Both the position numbers and the translations under genes were made by a program. DNA of 64,000 bases, taken from positions 2,590-66,589 of the forward strand of contig JADHUR010000003.1 of assembly GCA_016784445.1 (NCBI GenBank), written 5' to 3'. Position 1 is the first letter of the stretch. Each line of letters begins with the position of its first letter. The notes beneath the pieces were generated by a model that worked only from the letters and a program-made list of their open reading frames with translations, made no database searches and was not told the origin of the DNA. This stretch comes from Patescibacteria group bacterium. Lineage in GTDB: Bacteria; Patescibacteriota; Patescibacteriia; UBA1558. Below, one piece after another: positions 19,175 through 30,004 of this stretch.

Positions 19175-20383
19175 ATGATTTTTACATACATTGTTACAAA
19201 TAAAGACAGTAAAATACAAAAGGGAGAGATTGAAGCTCCAGATAAAGCAACTGCTTTAATGGAACTTAAAAAGCAGGATCTTTTAATTGTAAGAGTAGAT
19301 AAAAAAGTAAAGAGGCAAGCTAAAGAAATATCTTTTGGTGGGGTGAAATTTATAGATAAGGTACTTGTTGCAAGACATTTAGCTATTATGATCAAGTCTG
19401 GCGTTAGTATGGCAGAAGCTTTAGATATTTTAGTAGATCAATCTTCAAATCCAAAACTTAAGACTGTTTTGAAAGATGTTCTTAAGAATGTATTATCTGG
19501 ACACACTTTATCTTCTTCATTGGGAAAGCATAATAAAGTATTTTCAGAGCTCTTTATTAATATGGTAAAAATTGGTGAGACAAGCGGTACATTAGCAGAA
19601 ACATTAGATTATTTGGCAGAAGAGTTAGAGAAAAGTTATGCAATGAAGAAAAAGATTAAAGCGGCTGCTATTTACCCATCTATTATATTAATTGCCACAC
19701 TTGGTCTTTCTTTTGTATTGGTATATTTTATTTTACCAAAAATGATTAAATTATTTGAAACATTAACAGTTGAATTACCAACTTCAACAAAGATATTAAT
19801 AGGCATTGCGAATGCGGCAGAGAATCATGGTTTATTAATGTTAATAATAATTGTAGCTGCTATTATTATTGTGACATATTTACTTAAACAAGAATATGTG
19901 AAGAAATATACACATAAGTTAATATTGAAAATACCGGTATTTGGACATATATCACAGCAATTAAATTTAACCACTTTCAATAGAACGCTTGGTACTTTAT
20001 TAAAAAGTGGAGTACAAGTAGTCGAAGCTTTAACTATTACATCTGGTATTTTAAATAATAGAATGTATAGATCACAAGTATTATTAATAGCTGATGAGGT
20101 TACTAGAGGCCTGTCTTTATCCGAATCATTATCTGCTAAATCTAATAAACTATTTCCTAAGATGTCTACTAGATTATTACAAGTGGGTGAAAAAACAGGT
20201 GAGCTGGAAAATTCTTTAATATATTTAGGAGATTTCTATGGTAAAGAAGTAGATAATATTACTAAGAATTTATCTAATATTTTGGAACCATTATTATTAA
20301 TTGTGATGGGTTTAATGGTTGGTTTTGTAGCTATTTCTATTATTCAGCCAGTTTATCAAATATCTGGTGGTTTAAGAAAATAA
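19175..20383 (+). CDS. pilC: type IV pilus platform protein PilC/GspF
   Basis: MVKIGETSGTL, AAIYP, VGEKTGEL, ILEP. Confidence 0.95.
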   Translation: MIFTYIVTNKDSKIQKGEIEAPDKATALMELKKQDLLIVRVDKKVKRQAKEISFGGVKFIDKVLVARHLAIMIKSGVSMAEALDILVDQSSNPKLKTVLKDVLKNVLSGHTLSSSLGKHNKVFSELFINMVKIGETSGTLAETLDYLAEELEKSYAMKKKIKAAAIYPSIILIATLGLSFVLVYFILPKMIKLFETLTVELPTSTKILIGIANAAENHGLLMLIIIVAAIIIVTYLLKQEYVKKYTHKLILKIPVFGHISQQLNLTTFNRTLGTLLKSGVQVVEALTITSGILNNRMYRSQVLLIADEVTRGLSLSESLSAKSNKLFPKMSTRLLQVGEKTGELENSLIYLGDFYGKEVDNITKNLSNILEPLLLIVMGLMVGFVAISIIQPVYQISGGLRK

Positions 20384-20841
20384 TGTTTTTAAATATCAAA
20401 CAAGGAGGATTTAGTATAGTGCAAGTATTATTGGTATTAGCTATTTTTTTAGTAATAGCAAGTATGGCCATACCATCTTTGTATCAATTTCAAGTTGGAG
20501 CTCAAGTAGATACAGTAGCAGCTGAACTTGGTCAAAGTTTAAGGAGAGCACAATCTAGAGCTATAGTTGGTTATGATAATACAAATTGGGGAGTATATTT
20601 TGAAGAGGATGCTTATACTATATATTCAGGCAATGATTATAATACTAGAAATACCGATAGAGATGAAAGTTATCCATATTCTAATTCTATATTAATTATT
20701 AATGATTTTTCAGATGAGATTGTTTTCACAAGAATTTCTGGACTACCTAGTTCTGAAGGAAACATTACTTTAAGTAATAGTATGAATTCAGATCAGTCGA
20801 CTATAACTATTAATTCTTTAGGAGTAATTGAGTATAGATAA
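20383..20841 (+). CDS. minor pilin (GspH/FimT-like)
   Basis: QGG|FSIVQVLLV class III signal; LRRAQSRA; ITINSLGVI. Confidence 0.85.
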   Translation: MFLNIKQGGFSIVQVLLVLAIFLVIASMAIPSLYQFQVGAQVDTVAAELGQSLRRAQSRAIVGYDNTNWGVYFEEDAYTIYSGNDYNTRNTDRDESYPYSNSILIINDFSDEIVFTRISGLPSSEGNITLSNSMNSDQSTITINSLGVIEYR

Positions 20842-20842
20842 A

Positions 20843-23791
20843 ATGATAAAGAAAATAAATAATAGAGGTTTTTCTTTAATTGAAGCTATTGTAGCTTTAG
20901 GAGTTTTTGCTTTACTTGCTGCAACTGTTTCGAGTACAGCTGGTCTTGGTTATTTATCTGAGAAGCAAAGCGGAGAAAGAATTATCGCCCAAAATTATTC
21001 AACGGAGGCTATGGAGGCTGTTAAAAGTATTCGTGAAAGGGGTTGGTCAGAACTTTTAATTGGTAATCATGGTTTAGATAAAACTAGTGGTTATTGGGAA
21101 TTTAATGGCACAGAAGATATTATCGGAAATTATACTAGGCAAATTATTATTGCAGCTGTTTATAGAGATCAGGATGGATTAATTGTGCCTGAAGTAGATG
21201 GTAATATAGATAATCACACTAAACTTATAACAGTAATAGTATCTTGGGCATTATCACCTAGTGCTAATAATGAATTAATTATTAATACATACTTAACAAA
21301 TTGGGAAAGTAAAGATTGGTCTCAAACAAATTGGTCAGGAGGAGATAATCAGTCAGAATATTTAGATGAAACTAAATTTTGGGAAGTGAGTGAAGGAATA
21401 GATACTGAAACCATTGGAGAGGTTAAACTTGCAACAGTTGGTGCCATTCCTAGTCCTTATGCCTTATTGATGCATATGGACGGTCCACGTTATAAAGCTA
21501 CAGACATTATAGATAATAATAATTTCAGTGATTATTCTGGAATAAGTCCAGATATTATTTGGCCAAATTGGACTGAAACAGGTTTGGGTTCAGAGACAGA
21601 TAGTATTACTGGGCAACAAGGACAAGCTGCTGAAATTAGTTTTGATTGGTGGCTAGGCCTTGGTGGTATAGAGCAAACATCTATCCCAGTAGAAGGGGAT
21701 ACAACTTATCAGATAGCTTTTTATCTTAAGGGAGATATCTCATATTTTAGTTTTACAATTAAGGATGATGAAAATAATTATTTAAAATCTGATGGAAATT
21801 GGAGCACTTGGTTTAGTACAAATTATGTAAACACATCAGAGGATTGGACGCAGTTTAATACAAGCTTTACTACACGTAGCGGTATTACGAGTATTGATTT
21901 GAGCCTATCAGGACTTGCAGCCAGTTCAGATCAATGGTTTGCAGTTGATGAAATTAGTTTATCTAGAGAAGTAGTATATGATGATGGTCCATTTGGTAAT
22001 CATGGTTATAAATTACCCGATGATAATGATGGACCAAATTATGAAACAGGAAATTTTGCAGATGGACTAAATTTTGATGGAGCTGTGGGTATAGATAATG
22101 GCGATGCAGTTATTATTCCTTCAGCAGATAGTTTAAATATAGTATCAGCTATTACATTAGAAGCTTGGATATATCCAGAAAATATTGGTAATGAGGATAG
22201 AGAAATTGTAAACAAATGGTCTTGGACTAGTGGGGATTATAGATCTTATAGATTAACGGTAACTGGTGCAGATAAATTGGAATTTGCTTTAAGTAGCGAT
22301 GGAGGTACTGGTAATGGGCATGAGTATACGGTTATAAGTGGTAGTAAAATAAATGTTAATGAATGGCAGCATGTGGTTGGCACATATAATGGTACAGAAA
22401 TGAAAGTGTATATTAATAGTAATGAAGAGGGCTCAACTTCATATAATGGTGGTATTTTTAATAGTGGTGAAAATAGTAATGTTATGATTGGTTCAATAGA
22501 TAATAATTTAAATAATAATCATAGATTTGAGGGTATAATAGATGAAGTATCTATTGAGAATATTGCTTTGAGTGAGACAGAAGTTTTTGATCATTTTACA
22601 AATTCTCCACTAACTCCAGAGGCTATTATTACTTGGACATCACCAGTTCCAGAGGGAACATTTATGGTAGATAAGAAAGTAGCAGGAATGCATGTAATTG
22701 GTGATTATCTATATCTAGCCTTGCTTGAAAAGAAAAGAGTAGAGGTCTTTGATTTATCTACGAGTGCTACAGAGCCAGTTTCTTTAGGATTAATTATTAC
22801 AACCGGTAAGTCTGAGGATGTATTTACTTATGGTAATTATATTTATGTTATGACGGATAATGCTAGTCCTGGTTTGGAAATTTATCAATATACTAGTACG
22901 CCTATAGATGCAGTTTTTGTGGGGGATATAAACTTGAGTACAGCTCCAAGTGGTTTATGGATTGATGGAGATATTATGTATATAGCTTTGCAAAGTAATG
23001 AAGTGGAAGTTTATAGTTTATTAGCAGACCCCCTTATACCAATATCTCTTGGTAATTTTTCAACTGTGAGCGATACAACAGATATTACAATTTATGGAGA
23101 CTATGCTTATGTAAGTTTAGATAATGATATTCAAGCTATGCAAGTATTTGATATATCATTAGATCCTAGTAATCCAAGCTCAACAGATATTGTTGGAGCT
23201 ATAGATACTCCAATTGGTATTACATCTAGAGAAGGATATTTATTCTTGGTAACTGGAGGAGCTAGTCGTAAAGTTCTTGTCTATGATATTTATGAGATTC
23301 CAGCAAATCCGGCCGCAATAGGTGATTTAGATATTGCAGATAATGGTTGGGACATGGCAACTAGAGGAAGTTATTTATATATAGGTTTAGGTGGAAGTAG
23401 TAAGGGTGTTCAGGTTTTTGATATGACATTTATGCTTGCAGGAGGTGCTGGACAGTCTAATTATGAAGTATATGGTAGTTTAGAATCTTCTGCTTTTGAT
23501 ACTACTTCTACTTCAGGTTTTAATTTTATATCTTGGTCAGAAATGTTACCATCTGCCGAAGAAAATGTTCGTGTTCAAATAAAGACAGCAGATACTTTAC
23601 TTGGACTTGACTCTGCAATTTGGTCAGGTGCTAGTGGTAATGGAACATACTATGATGATGGTATTGAAAATATTATACCAATTATATCTAGTCATAATGG
23701 AGATAGATATATAAAATATATGGTTCATTTATATGGCTCTGGTGATGACACTCCTATTATGACAGATATTAATATTAATTATACTCCTTGA
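20843..23791 (+). CDS. very large minor pilin/adhesin with CBM-like, LamG and LVIVD-type repeat domains
   Basis: RG|FSLIEAIVAL; LamG motifs ITLEAWIYP, WQHVVGTYNG..MKVYIN, F.G.IDEV; repeated .V.GDY.YV....QVFD.S..P units; start taken at ATG 20843. Confidence 0.85.
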   Translation: MIKKINNRGFSLIEAIVALGVFALLAATVSSTAGLGYLSEKQSGERIIAQNYSTEAMEAVKSIRERGWSELLIGNHGLDKTSGYWEFNGTEDIIGNYTRQIIIAAVYRDQDGLIVPEVDGNIDNHTKLITVIVSWALSPSANNELIINTYLTNWESKDWSQTNWSGGDNQSEYLDETKFWEVSEGIDTETIGEVKLATVGAIPSPYALLMHMDGPRYKATDIIDNNNFSDYSGISPDIIWPNWTETGLGSETDSITGQQGQAAEISFDWWLGLGGIEQTSIPVEGDTTYQIAFYLKGDISYFSFTIKDDENNYLKSDGNWSTWFSTNYVNTSEDWTQFNTSFTTRSGITSIDLSLSGLAASSDQWFAVDEISLSREVVYDDGPFGNHGYKLPDDNDGPNYETGNFADGLNFDGAVGIDNGDAVIIPSADSLNIVSAITLEAWIYPENIGNEDREIVNKWSWTSGDYRSYRLTVTGADKLEFALSSDGGTGNGHEYTVISGSKINVNEWQHVVGTYNGTEMKVYINSNEEGSTSYNGGIFNSGENSNVMIGSIDNNLNNNHRFEGIIDEVSIENIALSETEVFDHFTNSPLTPEAIITWTSPVPEGTFMVDKKVAGMHVIGDYLYLALLEKKRVEVFDLSTSATEPVSLGLIITTGKSEDVFTYGNYIYVMTDNASPGLEIYQYTSTPIDAVFVGDINLSTAPSGLWIDGDIMYIALQSNEVEVYSLLADPLIPISLGNFSTVSDTTDITIYGDYAYVSLDNDIQAMQVFDISLDPSNPSSTDIVGAIDTPIGITSREGYLFLVTGGASRKVLVYDIYEIPANPAAIGDLDIADNGWDMATRGSYLYIGLGGSSKGVQVFDMTFMLAGGAGQSNYEVYGSLESSAFDTTSTSGFNFISWSEMLPSAEENVRVQIKTADTLLGLDSAIWSGASGNGTYYDDGIENIIPIISSHNGDRYIKYMVHLYGSGDDTPIMTDININYTP

Positions 23792-24282
23792 TGAAAAGAA
23801 ATCAGTCAGGCTTAACTTTAATAGAAATTATCATATATGTAACAATTGTTTCTATGATTTTAACTGTAGCTATATTTTTTGCATGGGATGTAATTGGTGG
23901 ACAGACTAAAAGCTATATAATAACGGAAGTTAATCAAAATAGTAGATTTATTATTAGTACAATAAGTAAAGATATACGTCAGGCTAATACTTTAAATTCA
24001 GTCTCAGAGACTGTTTTAGATATAGATTTACTTTCAGGAGATAATATTGTATATACCTTTGATAATTTAGCAAATACTATAAGTAGACAGGCAAATGCAG
24101 GGGATATAATAGTTTTAAATAGTGCAGTTGTAAATGTAATGGGTATTTGGGAAGACCTTTCTACAATGCAAGCAAGCGCTATAGGATTGGATATAACAAT
24201 TACATATAATTCAGAATCTGGTCATTCAGATTGGGAATCAACATTATCTACAGAAACTTCTTTTAATTTAAATTTACAATGA
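23788..24282 (+). CDS. minor pilin (PilW/GspJ-like)
   Basis: SG|LTLIEIIIYVTI; ISKDIRQA. Confidence 0.85.
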   Translation: MMKRNQSGLTLIEIIIYVTIVSMILTVAIFFAWDVIGGQTKSYIITEVNQNSRFIISTISKDIRQANTLNSVSETVLDIDLLSGDNIVYTFDNLANTISRQANAGDIIVLNSAVVNVMGIWEDLSTMQASAIGLDITITYNSESGHSDWESTLSTETSFNLNLQ

Positions 24283-24647
24283 TGAATCAACAAGGAATGA
24301 TAGCATTAATATCTATATTGGTAATTAGTTCAGTGGTTCTTACTATTACTATTTCTTTGAGTTGGTATTCAACGGCAGAATTGCAAATGTCTTGGTGGGC
24401 AAATAAATCAGAGGTAGCTTATGAATTAGCAATATCTTGCATGGAAGAGGGTTTAAATGATTTACGTTTAGATTGGACAAATGTAAGTAAAGAGCTATCA
24501 ATTGACGGAGATTCATGTATAATTAATATTGAAACAACTGTAGATAATGCTACAGTTATATCTACTGCTACTGTAGGGGATTTAACAAGATCAATTATTG
24601 TAGTAGTAGATGATTCTTTAGAATTTACTTCTTGGCAAGAAAATTAA
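24279..24647 (+). CDS. minor pilin (PilX/GspK-like)
   Basis: QG|MIALISILVI (no E5), AY.LA.SC.EEGL, C-terminal SWQE. Confidence 0.8.
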   Translation: MMNQQGMIALISILVISSVVLTITISLSWYSTAELQMSWWANKSEVAYELAISCMEEGLNDLRLDWTNVSKELSIDGDSCIINIETTVDNATVISTATVGDLTRSIIVVVDDSLEFTSWQEN

Positions 24648-26659
24648 TGGCAAAATTAAACAGCTTTATAGCATTAGATGTCTCGGACAACTCTTTGCAG
24701 GTAATGGAATGTCAAAGAGATTTTTGGGGACGCTATATAATTAAAAAAATTAATAGACTCGCTCTTGAAAGAGGAACTATTGTTAATGGTGAGATTAAGA
24801 ATGCAAATGCATTGCTAAAGGCGATTAAGAAACTTTTAAAAACAGCCAAACCCTCTGCTATTAGCACTAATAACTGTTTTTTATCTATACCTGAAAATAA
24901 AGTATTTACACATATATTTCATGTACCAATAGATTTAAAGAATGATGATATTGAAGATTTCTTACTTAATCAATCGGAAGGTATTATTCCTTTCAATAGA
25001 GAAACTGTTATTTCAGATTATGAAGTTGTTGAGGTGACAGCTAAAGAGAAGATAATATTTTATGCAGCTGCTCCTCAAAAGCTCGTAAATGATATTTTAG
25101 CTATTTTAAAGCAAGTAAAGCTTAATGTATTATTGATTGAATTAGAATCACTTAGTTCTGCTAGGTCACTTCTTTCAAAAGCAGCAATTAAGGATGCTAA
25201 TATGATAATAGATATCGGTGGTAATTTTTCCAATATTGCTATTTATGATAAACAGGGTTTAAAGTTGACAGTAAGTATACCTCTGGCGGGTAATCAATTT
25301 ACAAAAGAGATACGTTCTAAAACAAAATTGACAATCGCAAAGGCTACTGAATTAAAGATGAAAAAGGGTTTAACAAGTACTAATAAAAAAGGTGTTAAAG
25401 CCCTGCAGGACAGTTTAGATAAAATAATTGAAGAAATATTGAGGTCAGCTAAATACTTTGAAGAAATATCAGGTCAAAAGATAAAAAAGATAATATTAGT
25501 CGGCGGATCTGCTAAAATGCCTGGAATTATTGAATACTTGACTGGTAAGACAGGACTTATTGTTGAGCTGGGTAATCCATGGCATAGATTAAAAAAGAGT
25601 CCAGAGGTCTTAAAATTGTTCACCAAGAGACAAGGAATATTATATTCAACAGTAATAGGTTTAATGTTAAGAGGTAAGTATAAAGACTATAGGAAGGGAA
25701 TTAATTTAATTCCATCAGGAGACAAAAGGAAAAATATAATTCAATTAAGTAGTGGCAGTAAAGGAGATTGGGTAAAATATATTATATTTGCCGCGATTGT
25801 TATTGTCTTTGTTCTATTAATTGTTTTTAAGGATACTATCAGGGGAGATGAACCTATTGTCAAAACAAAACCTGTAAATATTATTGAACAATCCATACCA
25901 ATGATCATTAGTTATAATACAGAAGTAGAAGATGATTTAAATATTGGTAGAATTGGAGGAGAGATTATTGAACGCACTGGTGAAGCAATAGTGCCATGGC
26001 AGGGTGTGACAACTGATCAGTTAACTGTACTCGCAGATGATCATTTGATTGTATATAATAATTCAGATGAAGATATAACGCTTATTGTAAAATCAAGACT
26101 TGCCTTAAATGAGGAAATATATTATCTAGAGGAGCCATTACATTTAACACCAAGTGAGTCAAAAGTTGTGAAGTTAATTGGAGACAATGGGGATATTATC
26201 CTAAAAGAAGGTATATATAAATTTATTGCTTTATCAGATCAAAGGCAGGAGTTAATATATGGTCAAAAAGAAAATGAGGTACAAATTATACCACCAGAGC
26301 AAATTAGCCAGATAGATATTACGAGTATTATTTCTCTTCAAGAAAGTTTAAGACAAATAACTCAAATTAATTCATATAATGAGTTAGAAGACGATATATA
26401 TATGGATGAACCTATTAAATCTCAAGTTATAGGTATAAAATATATTAATATGGGGGATAAGCAAGTGGGCATAAAGATGATAGCATCTTATCAATGGCTT
26501 AAACTTAATAGAGATGACTTAGTAATAGTTGCCTCTAATAAATTAAATAATACAGAAATTATAGAGAAATTAGATATGGCTGTATTTAAGGTAATGAAGC
26601 AATCTTTTAATGAAGCAGAACAAGTAGTTAATGTTGATGTAATGCTGTCAGTTTATTAA
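24647..26659 (+). CDS. pilM: PilM-family protein fused to a TM and extracellular C-terminal domain
   Basis: IALDVSD, IIDIGG, IILVGGSAKMPG, NPW, INLIP then TM and ~270-aa tail; start taken at ATG 24647. Confidence 0.85.
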   Translation: MAKLNSFIALDVSDNSLQVMECQRDFWGRYIIKKINRLALERGTIVNGEIKNANALLKAIKKLLKTAKPSAISTNNCFLSIPENKVFTHIFHVPIDLKNDDIEDFLLNQSEGIIPFNRETVISDYEVVEVTAKEKIIFYAAAPQKLVNDILAILKQVKLNVLLIELESLSSARSLLSKAAIKDANMIIDIGGNFSNIAIYDKQGLKLTVSIPLAGNQFTKEIRSKTKLTIAKATELKMKKGLTSTNKKGVKALQDSLDKIIEEILRSAKYFEEISGQKIKKIILVGGSAKMPGIIEYLTGKTGLIVELGNPWHRLKKSPEVLKLFTKRQGILYSTVIGLMLRGKYKDYRKGINLIPSGDKRKNIIQLSSGSKGDWVKYIIFAAIVIVFVLLIVFKDTIRGDEPIVKTKPVNIIEQSIPMIISYNTEVEDDLNIGRIGGEIIERTGEAIVPWQGVTTDQLTVLADDHLIVYNNSDEDITLIVKSRLALNEEIYYLEEPLHLTPSESKVVKLIGDNGDIILKEGIYKFIALSDQRQELIYGQKENEVQIIPPEQISQIDITSIISLQESLRQITQINSYNELEDDIYMDEPIKSQVIGIKYINMGDKQVGIKMIASYQWLKLNRDDLVIVASNKLNNTEIIEKLDMAVFKVMKQSFNEAEQVVNVDVMLSVY

Positions 26660-26668
26660 TAGTATAAA

Positions 26669-26697
26669 TTGTCAATATTGTAAAAAAATGCTATACT
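26669..26697 (+). promoter_or_regulatory. sigma70 promoter of major pilin
   Basis: TTGTCA-17 nt-TATACT with TG extension. Confidence 0.6.
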
Positions 26698-26803
26698 ATT
26701 AGTGTATAGATTTGAAATAGTCTAATTTATATATTTTAATTTGATTTAACTAATTTACTCTAGCATCTCTGGTGCTAACGGTAACTAAAGAAAGTTTAAC
26801 ACC

Positions 26804-27268
26804 ATGAAAAAAGGTTTTACTTTGATTGAGTTGTTAATAGTAATTGGTATTATTGCTATTTTGGCAGCTCTAACATTTGTAGCGGTTGATCCTGCTACAC
26901 GTTTTGCAGAAGCAAGAAATGCTGAACGTTGGTCTGCTGCTAATTCAGTACTAAATGCAGTACTAAAATTCCAAGTAGACAATGATGGTACTATGCCAGC
27001 TGCTATTGATGCAGTTGCAGGTAGTGCTCAAGTATTAGGAACAGCAGCAAGTGGCTGTGATGCAACATGTACAGCTGAAACAACAGTTGCAGCTTGTGTA
27101 GATTTAAGTGGAGATTTGGTAACAGCTTATTTGGCTGCTATCCCACAAGATCCTTCAACTGGTACAGCCGCTAACTCAGATTACTACATAAACGTAGATG
27201 CTAATAATCGTCTAAGTGTTGGTGCTTGTGATCCTGAACTATCTGAAACTATCGTAACTCAGAGATAA
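26804..27268 (+). CDS. type IV pilin, probable major pilin
   Basis: MKKG|FTLIELLIVIGIIAILA; own promoter and terminator; four Cys. Confidence 0.92.
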   Translation: MKKGFTLIELLIVIGIIAILAALTFVAVDPATRFAEARNAERWSAANSVLNAVLKFQVDNDGTMPAAIDAVAGSAQVLGTAASGCDATCTAETTVAACVDLSGDLVTAYLAAIPQDPSTGTAANSDYYINVDANNRLSVGACDPELSETIVTQR

Positions 27269-27283
27269 TATATCTTGTTTATA

Positions 27284-27317
27284 GAAAGACTTCTATTTTC
27301 AATAGGAGTCTTTTTTG
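27284..27317 (+). terminator. intrinsic terminator
   Basis: AAAGACTTCTATT-TTC-AATAGGAGTCTTTTTT. Confidence 0.8.
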
Positions 27318-27330
27318 TTATAATATACTT

Positions 27331-28293
27331 ATGAAAAAGAAAATATTATGCATTGGTAGTGTATTGCAAGAGATTATATACAATACAGATAATGCGGATG
27401 TTTTAACTCAGTATCAATCTGGAGGGAAGAATAAATATATTGCCTTTAATTTTGGATCTAAAATTTCAAGTAATGAAGTTTGGAGATCTTTTGGTGGTGG
27501 AGCTATGAATAGTTCTGCTACTTTTAAATCTATGGGAATAATACCTATTCCTATTTCAATTGTTGGTGATGATCTTATGGGAAGTGCTATTCAAAGATAT
27601 TTAAGTAAATCTGGTATTAGCACTAAATATATTAAGAGTAATAATACAGCAAGTACAGCTTTTAGCTTTATATTAAATTTACCGAAAGCTTCAGAACATA
27701 TTATTTTAGTATCACAAGGTATATTAAAGGATTTTAAGTTTAGTGATTATTCTTTAACTAGAGAGAAAGTAGAGTGGATATATTTAACTTCATTAAGGGG
27801 TCAATATTCAGCATATAATATTCGTTTAATATTTAATTTAGTAAGAAAGAAGAAATTTAAAGTATTTTGGAATCCAGGACAACAGCAAATAGAGAATTTT
27901 GATATTTATACAAAATATTTAGGACAAGTAGATATGCTTTCAGTAAATATTGATGAGGCAAAAGATATTAATAAGAAACTTAAATTAGGGGCATATTCTG
28001 CTGTAAAACTAGCAAATAAATTACTAGAATATGGTTGTAAACATATATTAATAACAGGAGATAAAAAAGGTGTTAGCTATTTTAGTGGACAGGAGAAATA
28101 TATACAGGCAGCAAAGAAAATTAAGGTAATAAATACTACCGGTGCAGGAGATGCATTTAATGCAGGTTTTTTAAGTGCATATATGTACAATGAAGATATT
28201 AAAGCAGCTTTAGAATTTGGGGTTCGAAATGCATCAGCAGTATTACAAACAATGGGAGCTCATGAAGGAGTATTAAAGAAAAAAGACTTATGA
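27331..28293 (+). CDS. PfkB-family carbohydrate kinase
   Basis: FGGGAMN, VFWNPG, VN.DEA, NTTGAGDAFNAGF. Confidence 0.92.
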   Translation: MKKKILCIGSVLQEIIYNTDNADVLTQYQSGGKNKYIAFNFGSKISSNEVWRSFGGGAMNSSATFKSMGIIPIPISIVGDDLMGSAIQRYLSKSGISTKYIKSNNTASTAFSFILNLPKASEHIILVSQGILKDFKFSDYSLTREKVEWIYLTSLRGQYSAYNIRLIFNLVRKKKFKVFWNPGQQQIENFDIYTKYLGQVDMLSVNIDEAKDINKKLKLGAYSAVKLANKLLEYGCKHILITGDKKGVSYFSGQEKYIQAAKKIKVINTTGAGDAFNAGFLSAYMYNEDIKAALEFGVRNASAVLQTMGAHEGVLKKKDL

Positions 28294-28871
28294 AAGAAGT
28301 ATTAATAGAAGTGTCGGCTAGACATTTACACGTATCTAAAGAGGATTTCGCAACTTTATTTGGTAAAGAAGACTTAACTAAGTTTAGAGATATATCTCAA
28401 CCAAAACATTTTGCAGCAGAGGAAACTGTAACTTTAGTTGGGCCTAAGAATAAAATAGAGAATGTCCGTATATTAGGACCCTTTAGAGATCAGACGCAAA
28501 TTGAACTTTCTAAAACGGACTGCTTTTTTTTAGGAATAGAAGCACCACTTCGCTTATCCGGAGATTTAAAGAGTTCAGGAAAAGTAAAAGTAATTGGTCC
28601 AGCAGGTGAGATTGATCTTGAGTCTGGTGTTATTGTAGCACTTAGACATTTACATATATCTACAGAGAAAGCTAAAGAGTGGAATTTAGAACAGGGGCAA
28701 AGTATAAGTATTAAAGTTGGCGATGGAGATAAGGGTGATATTAAAGATATGATCTTTGATGAGATAATTGTAAGATCAGGTGATGGATATAATACTTCAT
28801 GTCATATAGATACAGATGAGGCTAATGCAGCTAATATTAATAAATCAACAATGGGAGTAATAATAGAATAA
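28290..28871 (+). CDS. pduL: PduL-type phosphate acyltransferase (phosphotransacetylase)
   Basis: EVSARHLH, ISQP..FAA.E.V, RILGP.R..TQIE.S.TD, VALRHLH, HIDTDEANAA. Confidence 0.93.
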   Translation: MKEVLIEVSARHLHVSKEDFATLFGKEDLTKFRDISQPKHFAAEETVTLVGPKNKIENVRILGPFRDQTQIELSKTDCFFLGIEAPLRLSGDLKSSGKVKVIGPAGEIDLESGVIVALRHLHISTEKAKEWNLEQGQSISIKVGDGDKGDIKDMIFDEIIVRSGDGYNTSCHIDTDEANAANINKSTMGVIIE

Positions 28872-30004
28872 TGAATAAATATATATTAACTTTAAATGCG
28901 GGCAGTGCTACTTTGAAGGTAGCTATTTTTTCTAATGACTTACAACCAATTTTAACAGCTCAAGTTGAAAAGATAGGACAAGCTGGTAGTTTTTTACAAA
29001 TTATTTCTAAAGGAAATGATATTAGTATAAAGAAAAGGATGTCTAATCATACTGCAGCATTTAAGACATTATTTAAATTATTAGATAGGGATATTATAAA
29101 TAATATTAATATAGTTGGACATAGAGTAGTTCATGGAGGAATATATTATAGTAGTCCAGTTAAAATTGATAAGACAGTTATTAATAATATTAAGAAATTA
29201 AGTGATTTAGCACCACTTCATAATCCTAAGAACTTAGCTGTTATTATAGCTGCTAAGAAGCTATTATCTAATATTAATCATTTCGCTGTTTTTGATACTG
29301 CATTTCATCAAACGATTCCAGCTTATGCTTATTTATACTCATTACCTATTAAAGTAAGTAATCAATATAATATTAGAAAATATGGTTTTCATGGAATGTC
29401 ACATCAATACTGCATGCAGGAAGCTACTAAGAAGTTAAAGAAGCCTGCAAATTCACTTAATCTAATTACTGTACACTTAGGAAATGGTGCGAGTATTACT
29501 GCAATTAAAAATGGTAAATCAGTAGACACTTCAATGGGATTCACGCCACTTGCAGGACTTACTATGGGAACAAGAGTGGGAGACATTGATCCTGGCATAA
29601 TTTTCTATCTTTTAAGCAAAGGTGTGAATTATAAAAAATTAGATAAAATATTTAATAATGAATCTGGTATTAAAGGTTTATTTGGCTCACAGGATTTAAG
29701 GGATGTATTAATAACAGCTGGATATAAGATTCCAGGGTATACAAAACCTTCATCTATTAAAGGAATAAAGAAACAAGCTCAACTTACTTTAGATATATTT
29801 ATTTATGATATTTTAAGATATATTTATACATATTTAGGTGTATTAAAAGATGTAGATGCTATTGTATTCACAGGAGGAATTGGAGAGAGAAATGCAGATA
29901 TACGTAAGCTCATTATCAAGGGCAGTAATTACAAAGGAAAGACAATGGTTATTAAAGCTAATGAAGAATTAATGATGGCCAGTTTAATAAAGAATAAGAG
30001 ATGA
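28871..30004 (+). CDS. ackA: acetate kinase
   Basis: [53 protein letters not shown]. Confidence 0.97.
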   Translation: MNKYILTLNAGSATLKVAIFSNDLQPILTAQVEKIGQAGSFLQIISKGNDISIKKRMSNHTAAFKTLFKLLDRDIINNINIVGHRVVHGGIYYSSPVKIDKTVINNIKKLSDLAPLHNPKNLAVIIAAKKLLSNINHFAVFDTAFHQTIPAYAYLYSLPIKVSNQYNIRKYGFHGMSHQYCMQEATKKLKKPANSLNLITVHLGNGASITAIKNGKSVDTSMGFTPLAGLTMGTRVGDIDPGIIFYLLSKGVNYKKLDKIFNNESGIKGLFGSQDLRDVLITAGYKIPGYTKPSSIKGIKKQAQLTLDIFIYDILRYIYTYLGVLKDVDAIVFTGGIGERNADIRKLIIKGSNYKGKTMVIKANEELMMASLIKNKR

